64,000 nt of DNA from a virus, in the IMG/VR virus record IMGVR_UViG_3300006737_000017, positions 64,001-128,000 of that record; one strand, given 5' to 3'. Each line of letters begins with the position of its first letter. Within the stretch, counting starts at the first letter, position 1. Shown piece after piece: positions 58,021 through 64,000 of the stretch. The position numbers and the translations under genes were made by a program. Below the pieces are notes generated by a model. That model made no database searches. It was not told the origin of the DNA and saw only the letters and a program-made list of their open reading frames with translations.

Positions 58021-58356
58021 ATGGGTAAATTTATTCCTAAAGACAGGTCTGGTAAGCCTATTAAAAATTACCGCAAAAGACACGAATTTATAATGCCGGG
58101 AGTTCCATCTGGAGTCAAAGTTCCAGGGACATCGTCTGGAGATGTAGAAAAAGCTCTTAAAATATTTAAGAGACAAATGAAAGACAGCGGAACATTAGAA
58201 GAATTAAGAGATAGAAGATATTTCATTAAGGAATCTAAGAAAAGAGTTATACAAAAAGAAAAAGCAGTAAGAGCTCAACAAAAGCATGACAGATGGAGAA
58301 AAGCTCATGATAAAAATCACATCTGGACTGCAATAATAGACGGCAAGGCGCAATAA
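58021..58356 (+). CDS. rpsU: phage-encoded ribosomal protein bS21 with terminal extensions
   Basis: VKV...DVEKALKIFKRQMKDSGTLEELRDRRYFIKESKKR...KAVR matches the bS21 core. Confidence 0.85.
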   Translation: MGKFIPKDRSGKPIKNYRKRHEFIMPGVPSGVKVPGTSSGDVEKALKIFKRQMKDSGTLEELRDRRYFIKESKKRVIQKEKAVRAQQKHDRWRKAHDKNHIWTAIIDGKAQ

Positions 58357-58374
58357 TAACCATTTAAGGCATCT

Positions 58375-58421
58375 AATTTAGGTAATATATAAAAATATTG
58401 CCTAAATTGTTGCGGTTTTTT
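58375..58421 (+). terminator. hairpin/possible terminator after bS21
   Basis: AATTTAGGTAATAT (58375-58388) pairs with ATATTGCCTAAATT (58395-58408); T run shortly after. Confidence 0.45.
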
Positions 58422-58572
58422 TAGTCTTTTCATATATTCCTATATATTTATATTCACAAACGATATACAAAAATGCGTTATCTATTCTAATATAATGCAG
58501 TATATGAAAAACAATCGATATTAAGGTTCATAATAACCTTACTTCCAAATTACATATTAAAGGAGAGAAATA

Positions 58573-59508
58573 ATGTCAAAAGACTTATTGAAAGAAGCTA
58601 TTGCTGACGCGAAGGCTGTTAGAGAAACTGCAATTGCAAACGCAAAATTAGCTTTAGAAGAAGCTTTTACTCCAAAACTACAATCTATGCTATCTGCAAA
58701 GATACAGGAAGAAGAAGAATTAGAGGAAACTGAATTAGCTGACGAAGATACTGCACCGAATGCAGAGGAAATGGCAATGGCTGATGAAACAACTGATTTA
58801 GCTGCTGAAAATGATGAAACAGAAGAAGCAGCAGAACCTGCAGAAGAGATGGCTTATGGTGAAGGTGAAGAAGTAGAAGAAGGTGAAGACACTGAGGAAG
58901 GTATCAAAGAAGACGAAGAAGTTGAAGAAACTGAAGACGTTGAAGAAGATGCTGAACTAGAAGAAATCATCAAAGAATTAGAGGAAGAGGATGACGAAGT
59001 ATCAGAAGAAGAAACTATGGACGAAGCTGAAGATGTTGAAGAAGCTGAAGAAGTAGAAGAAGACGAAGATATGGACGAAAGCCTAGACCTTGACGAAGTA
59101 ATTAAATCATTACAAGAAGAAGAAATGGAAGAAGAAGAAGTTGAAGAAGTTGATGAACTTGAAGAAGCATATAAGACTATTAGATCTTTGAAAGCTACAA
59201 TCAATGAAGTTAATTTGCTTAATGCAAAACTTTTATTTTCTAACAAATTATTCAGAAGTAACGACTTAAATGAATCGCAAAAAATGAAAGTAATCGAAAC
59301 TTTCGATAGAGCAGGTTCTGTAAGAGAAGTTAAATTAGTTTATACTACTTTAGCTGAATCATTAACAGCATATACTCCATCAAGAAAGAAAAGAGTAACT
59401 GAAGGCTTTGCATCAAAAACTTCTAAATCGACTGCACCTAAGAAAGGTGTTATAGTTGAAAGTAATGACTTTGCTAATAGAATGAAAAAATTAGCTGGTC
59501 TATTGTAA
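58573..59508 (+). CDS. prohead scaffold protein, gp22-like
   Basis: Extremely Glu-rich centre, directly upstream of the capsid gene, ends RMKKLAGLL. Confidence 0.8.
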   Translation: MSKDLLKEAIADAKAVRETAIANAKLALEEAFTPKLQSMLSAKIQEEEELEETELADEDTAPNAEEMAMADETTDLAAENDETEEAAEPAEEMAYGEGEEVEEGEDTEEGIKEDEEVEETEDVEEDAELEEIIKELEEEDDEVSEEETMDEAEDVEEAEEVEEDEDMDESLDLDEVIKSLQEEEMEEEEVEEVDELEEAYKTIRSLKATINEVNLLNAKLLFSNKLFRSNDLNESQKMKVIETFDRAGSVREVKLVYTTLAESLTAYTPSRKKRVTEGFASKTSKSTAPKKGVIVESNDFANRMKKLAGLL

Positions 59509-59547
59509 AACGAATTAATAATTTTAGAAATTAATAGGAGACAAAAA

Positions 59548-61164
59548 ATGTCAAATCAAATTTCAAACTTACTAAATGAAAGCTCTAATCAGTTTCGTGC
59601 ACAAAGAAACGAGACTAAAGCTTTAGTTAGTAAATGGAACTCAACTGGTCTTCTTGAAGGTATCGATAAAGAATACGATAAGCATAATACTGCAATCCTT
59701 TTAGAAAACCAAGCGAAACAATTAATTTCCGAAGCAAATGCTACTTCTACTACTTCAGCTGAAGAATGGAACGGCGTTGCTCTTCCACTAGTTAGAAGAA
59801 TCTTCGGTGAATTAAGCGCTAAAGAATTTGTTAGCGTACAACCAATGAACTTACCATCAGGACTAGTATTCTGGTTAGATTTCAAATATGGATCTGATAT
59901 CCAGGGCGATGCTAATGGTAAGAAATTTACAGATGGAACTGATATCTTAGGTGATACTTCATCTTCATCTACACCAACAGGTGGTATTTACGGTAGAGGT
60001 AAAGCTGGATATACAGCTGGACAAGGTTCTGCTACTGCTGTAACTGCTGCTCACGCAACTGCATCTTGGGAAGATGTTGGATATGACGGTGCACTTTCTG
60101 CATCTGCTGCTGCAGGTACAATTATGAAAGTAACTTTAGCATCAACTAACTATCCAACAGATTTCGATTCTGATATGGTTAAGTCTGCTGCTATCTCTTG
60201 TTCAGATGGTGGTAAATTCGATGTAGCTGATAACTTATCTGCTTACAACTTTACTGAAGGAACTAACTCATACTTCTTTACTTCAAAAGATACTGCTGGT
60301 GGAGCTGCTCCAACTGCAATCGGAAAGATCTTCTTTACGAAAGCTCCAGCTGATAACTTATCAAGAGGTGACTTCGAAGCTAATGACGCTGAGCCAACAA
60401 CTAATGATTTAGGTATTCCTCAAATCGATGTTGCTTTAAGACAAGAAGCTTTAGTTGCTAAGACTAGAAAGTTAAAAGTTGTATGGACTCCAGAATTTGC
60501 TCAAGATTTGAATGCTTATCATTCAATTGATGCAGAGGCTGAGTTAACTTCAATGTTATCTGAATACATCTCAATGGAAATCGATATGGAAATCTTAGAG
60601 ATGGTTGATTCAGCTGCATTACATGAAGATACTTGGATTGCTGAATTAGGTAAAACAGCTACTGCTGGTTCTGATGTATTAGCTGATGCTGGAAATGCTG
60701 CTGCTTATACTCAAGCTACTTGGTTCCAAACGTTAGGTACTAAATTACAGAAAGTTTCTAATAAGATTCACGCTTCAACAATGAGAGGAGGAGCAAACTT
60801 CGTAGTATGTTCTCCAGATGTTGCAACAATCTTAGAATCTTTAACTGGGTTTGGGGCTGATACTGATGGTCTTAAAAATCAATTTGCTATGGGTGTTCAA
60901 AAGATCGGTGCTATCAATAACAGATACACTGTATACAAGAACCCTTACTGGCAAGATAACGTTTTATTAATGGGCTTTAGAGGATCTCAATTCCTTGAAA
61001 CTGGAGCAGTTTATGCACCGTATATTCCATTAATTATGACGCCATTGGTTTATGATCCTACTAACTTTACGCCAAGAAAAGGTGTAATGACTAGGTATGC
61101 TAAGAAAGTAGTAAGACCTGAATTCTACGGTAAGATCAACATCGGTCAATTGAATACTATATAA
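59548..61164 (+). CDS. gp23: major capsid protein
   Basis: AILLENQ, LPLVRR, VQPMNLPSGLVF, AKTRKLK, AQDLNAYHSIDAEAEL, YAPYIPL and GVMTRYA. Confidence 0.97.
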   Translation: MSNQISNLLNESSNQFRAQRNETKALVSKWNSTGLLEGIDKEYDKHNTAILLENQAKQLISEANATSTTSAEEWNGVALPLVRRIFGELSAKEFVSVQPMNLPSGLVFWLDFKYGSDIQGDANGKKFTDGTDILGDTSSSSTPTGGIYGRGKAGYTAGQGSATAVTAAHATASWEDVGYDGALSASAAAGTIMKVTLASTNYPTDFDSDMVKSAAISCSDGGKFDVADNLSAYNFTEGTNSYFFTSKDTAGGAAPTAIGKIFFTKAPADNLSRGDFEANDAEPTTNDLGIPQIDVALRQEALVAKTRKLKVVWTPEFAQDLNAYHSIDAEAELTSMLSEYISMEIDMEILEMVDSAALHEDTWIAELGKTATAGSDVLADAGNAAAYTQATWFQTLGTKLQKVSNKIHASTMRGGANFVVCSPDVATILESLTGFGADTDGLKNQFAMGVQKIGAINNRYTVYKNPYWQDNVLLMGFRGSQFLETGAVYAPYIPLIMTPLVYDPTNFTPRKGVMTRYAKKVVRPEFYGKINIGQLNTI

Positions 61165-61211
61165 TTAAATAATTAATTTTCTTATATATTAATAATTGAA
61201 TATTGTTAATT

Positions 61212-61240
61212 AGGGCCCCCTTAATTGGGGGCTCTTTTTT
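61212..61240 (+). terminator. intrinsic terminator after the capsid gene
   Basis: AGGGCCCCC-TTAATT-GGGGGCTCT followed by a T run. Confidence 0.9.
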
Positions 61241-61291
61241 GTGTTATCTTGACTTACTTGATATTTATACTAAATAGAATAGGAGAAAGTT

Positions 61292-61969
61292 ATGTCAACT
61301 CATTTCGCAAAAGCAGCAGGAGCAAAGAATAATAAGAAAGGTTATAGATTCTTATTATCTTTGAACGAAGAACAAAAGTTAACCAAACCTTATATACTTG
61401 ATAATGATATATCTATTATAACTGGTAAAGCTGGTTCTGGTAAAACTTTACTTGCATGTCAAATTGCATTGCAAGGTGTACTTGAAAAAAGATATAAAAA
61501 AATTATCATAACTAGACCAACGGTTTCAAAAGAGGATCTTGGTTTTTTACCTGGTGGTATAGAAGATAAGATGGCACCATGGGTATCTCCAATATATGGA
61601 AACATGTATCAGCTATTAAGAAGAGAAAGAGTAGATCAAATGATAAGGGCAGATCAAATAGAAATAGTTCCAGTCTCTTACATGAGAGGAAGAACTTTCT
61701 TGGATTCTGTTATTATTATAGATGAATGTCAAAACTTAGATGATACGCAAACTCTTATGATTTTACAAAGATTAGGAAGAGATTCGAAAATGATATTCTG
61801 TGGTGACACAGACCAAATCGATATGAAAAATTCTACAGATAGCGGTTTAAGATTTTTACAATCTATAAAGAATGTAGAAGGCTTTTATGTAAAAGAATTA
61901 GAAACAAATCATAGACACCCAATTCTTGATAATATACTACCAATCTATGACAAATATTTCAAAAGTTAA
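61292..61969 (+). CDS. phoH: PhoH family protein
   Basis: GKAGSGKT, ITRP, LGFLPG, YMRGRTF, IIDECQN, GDTDQID and RHP. Confidence 0.95.
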   Translation: MSTHFAKAAGAKNNKKGYRFLLSLNEEQKLTKPYILDNDISIITGKAGSGKTLLACQIALQGVLEKRYKKIIITRPTVSKEDLGFLPGGIEDKMAPWVSPIYGNMYQLLRRERVDQMIRADQIEIVPVSYMRGRTFLDSVIIIDECQNLDDTQTLMILQRLGRDSKMIFCGDTDQIDMKNSTDSGLRFLQSIKNVEGFYVKELETNHRHPILDNILPIYDKYFKS

Positions 61970-62044
61970 GTCTTCAGCTTGATAATTATATACACAACTG
62001 CACATTGACTGCGGAACATGATATTTATATAAAAGGAGCAATAT

Positions 62045-63214
62045 ATGGCAAAAGATATTTCAATATGGCCTGGGTCTGGTTCTTTCTCTGCAAGCTATGC
62101 TGCAAGTGAATCTCCAACACCTTTCGCACTATACGACACAGATAACGAATTTACAGCTTCTGCTGATAATGTAGCTGTTTGGTGTGCAAGAAGACTTGGG
62201 TATCCTATAGTAGATATTGAATTGCAAGATAAAAACTTTTGGGCTTGTCATGAAGAAGCTGTAACAGAATATTCTGCACAAGTAAATAGATTTAATATAA
62301 GAGAAAACCTATTAAATTTACAAGGAGCTTCAACTGGTTCATCATTTACTGGTAAACAAATAAAGGGTGGATTAGATGCTACAATACAAATAGCAAAGCA
62401 ATATGGTTCAGAAGCTGGTTCTGGTGGATCAATAAATTGGTACAGCGGTTCTATATCTGTAACTTCTGGTTCACAAGTTTACGATTTAACTGATTCTAGT
62501 GTTACTACATATGAATCTGGTACACCAGGTACAAATGTTATAGAAGTTAAAAGAATATTTCACGAAGGAACACCAGCAATAAATAGATTGTTTGATCCTT
62601 ACGTTGGAACTGGAGCTGGTACATCTCATATGATGCAAGCTTTTGGTTGGGGAGGTTATTCTCCTGCAATCAATTATCTAGTTATGCCCTTATATGATGA
62701 TATGCTAAGAATGCAAGAAATAGAATTCAACGATCAGGTAAGAAAATCTGCACACTCATTTGAGTTGATAAATAACAAATTAAGGATATTTCCAAAACCA
62801 ACAAGCGATTATACTTTCTATTTTCAATATATAAAAACCTCAGATAGAAAAGGTAGTGTATCGGGGGCTGTTGTATCAGACTTTTCAAATCTACAATATG
62901 ACAATATACAATACAAGTTTATTAATGATCCAGGTAAACAATGGATTAAAAAATACACTCTTGCTTTAGTAAAAGAATTGCTAGGATCAATCAGAGGAAA
63001 ATACTCTACAGTACCAATCCCTGGATCTGAGACAACTTTAGATGGAGATGCTTTAAGAGCAGAAGGTGCAGCTGAAAAGGAAACGCTAATTGCACAATTA
63101 AGAGAAGATTTACAAGCTGCTTCAAGAAGGAACTCAATGGAGAGAAACAAAGAGGAAGCAGAATTTCAACAAGAACTAATTAACAAAGTACCACTAGGTA
63201 TTTATATAGGGTAA
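62045..63214 (+). CDS. neck protein, gp13-like
   Basis: WCARRLGYPIVDIEL and WIKKYTLALVKELLGSIRGKY...TLDG. Confidence 0.8.
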   Translation: MAKDISIWPGSGSFSASYAASESPTPFALYDTDNEFTASADNVAVWCARRLGYPIVDIELQDKNFWACHEEAVTEYSAQVNRFNIRENLLNLQGASTGSSFTGKQIKGGLDATIQIAKQYGSEAGSGGSINWYSGSISVTSGSQVYDLTDSSVTTYESGTPGTNVIEVKRIFHEGTPAINRLFDPYVGTGAGTSHMMQAFGWGGYSPAINYLVMPLYDDMLRMQEIEFNDQVRKSAHSFELINNKLRIFPKPTSDYTFYFQYIKTSDRKGSVSGAVVSDFSNLQYDNIQYKFINDPGKQWIKKYTLALVKELLGSIRGKYSTVPIPGSETTLDGDALRAEGAAEKETLIAQLREDLQAASRRNSMERNKEEAEFQQELINKVPLGIYIG

Positions 63215-63217
63215 GAT

Positions 63218-63730
63218 ATGTCGATATTCGGAGGAGATAGAGATATTTCTTTATTTAGGCACATAAATAGAGAATTAATTAACAATATCATCGATACAAA
63301 AGTTGATATTGTAAAAGCTGCGATAAAAGACATAAAGGAAAACTTATACGGCGAAGCACTTGGCAAACAATATTTTCAAAACGTTAGAGTTGGATGCTTA
63401 ATAGAACAAGGCTCAACAGAAATAGAAGATACAGATTTTGGACCAGATGTAAATAAAAATGTTACTTTTAGATTTTTAAGAGATGATATAAAAGATATAG
63501 CAAACTTGAAATTAGAAATTGGTGATTTATTATTTTGGGATAATACCTATTGGGAAATAGACAAAGTCTCTTCAGGTAATCAATATTTTATGGGAAGAAA
63601 TCCTAGTACTAATTTTGCAAGTGATGAACATGGTTATAACTTAGCTGTAATATGTGAAGCTCATATGACTAGAAGAAGTAAACTTTCTATAGAACAAACT
63701 AACAATGGCTATGATAAGAGGTTATACTAA
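63218..63730 (+). CDS. neck/head-closure protein, gp14-like
   Basis: NLYGEA and GDLLFW...WEI; position after the gp13-like gene. Confidence 0.65.
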   Translation: MSIFGGDRDISLFRHINRELINNIIDTKVDIVKAAIKDIKENLYGEALGKQYFQNVRVGCLIEQGSTEIEDTDFGPDVNKNVTFRFLRDDIKDIANLKLEIGDLLFWDNTYWEIDKVSSGNQYFMGRNPSTNFASDEHGYNLAVICEAHMTRRSKLSIEQTNNGYDKRLY

Positions 63731-64000
63731 TGAATAAACCTACAGCAAGAAAAACAAAGTCACAAAAGATAGACAGAAGTGCTCAAATAAAAAGAGACGA
63801 TAAACAGCCTATATTTGAAGTTGGTTTATATGAAATAGATGAAACTATTAAATATTATATAGATAATGTAATACAACCTCAAGTTAAAGATTCAAATGGT
63901 AGTTTATTACAATTACCAGTAATTTACGGTAGTACAGAAAGATGGAAATCTGTACAAAAATCTAATTTTTACAGAGACGTTAAAGGTAAAATACAATTAC
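63730..64000 (+). CDS. tail terminator/completion protein, gp15-like (3' truncated)
   Basis: MNKPTARK...LPVIYGSTERWKSVQK...GKIQL, open to the window end. Confidence 0.55.
   Translation, partial: MNKPTARKTKSQKIDRSAQIKRDDKQPIFEVGLYEIDETIKYYIDNVIQPQVKDSNGSLLQLPVIYGSTERWKSVQKSNFYRDVKGKIQL

Noticed and set aside
58700-59170. GAAGAA-rich tract as a tandem DNA repeat
   Set aside because: Explained by the Glu-rich low-complexity region of the scaffold protein.
139-63150. Minus-strand ORFs and short nested + strand ORFs in the ORF track
   Set aside because: They overlap well-supported + strand genes, lack recognisable motifs and look like antisense or frame shadows; for example Ser-rich 58854-59246 mirrors the Glu-rich scaffold.
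1-64000. Alternative genetic code (stop-codon recoding)
   Set aside because: Core genes are full length under the standard bacterial code, and TAA, TAG and TGA all occur at plausible gene ends.

Overview
A 64-kb, AT-rich segment of a large T4-like (myovirus-type) phage, with essentially all genes on the + strand. The host is inferred to be Bacteroidota from TTTG...TAnnTTT-type promoters, an outer-membrane beta-barrel gene, a tmRNA tag starting with Gly and a ribosomal protein bS21 gene. Positions 1-14.4 kb hold early/accessory genes: a SET-domain fragment, an HTH protein, a MoxR-type AAA+ ATPase, tRNA-Arg(TCT), DNA ligase, deoxyribonucleotidase, a lysozyme-like protein, an HD hydrolase, a gp55-like sigma factor and the OMP. 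Positions 14.4-47.5 kb hold baseplate and fibre genes, interrupted by GIY-YIG, primase and an Mre11-Rad50 fusion. Positions 47.5-64 kb hold two zeta-toxin-like kinases, holin, terminase, portal, prohead protease, bS21, scaffold, major capsid protein, PhoH and neck genes. The strongest finding is a circularly permuted, two-piece, very compact tmRNA gene (about 8505-8724). It sits directly behind a candidate late promoter and between two UVR-motif protein genes. A second finding is a bS21 gene under an early-type promoter, together with a split between Shine-Dalgarno-less early genes and AGGAG-led later genes. Together these suggest a phage system that reprograms host translation and proteolysis. 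All calls come from reading motifs by eye; no database searches were run.
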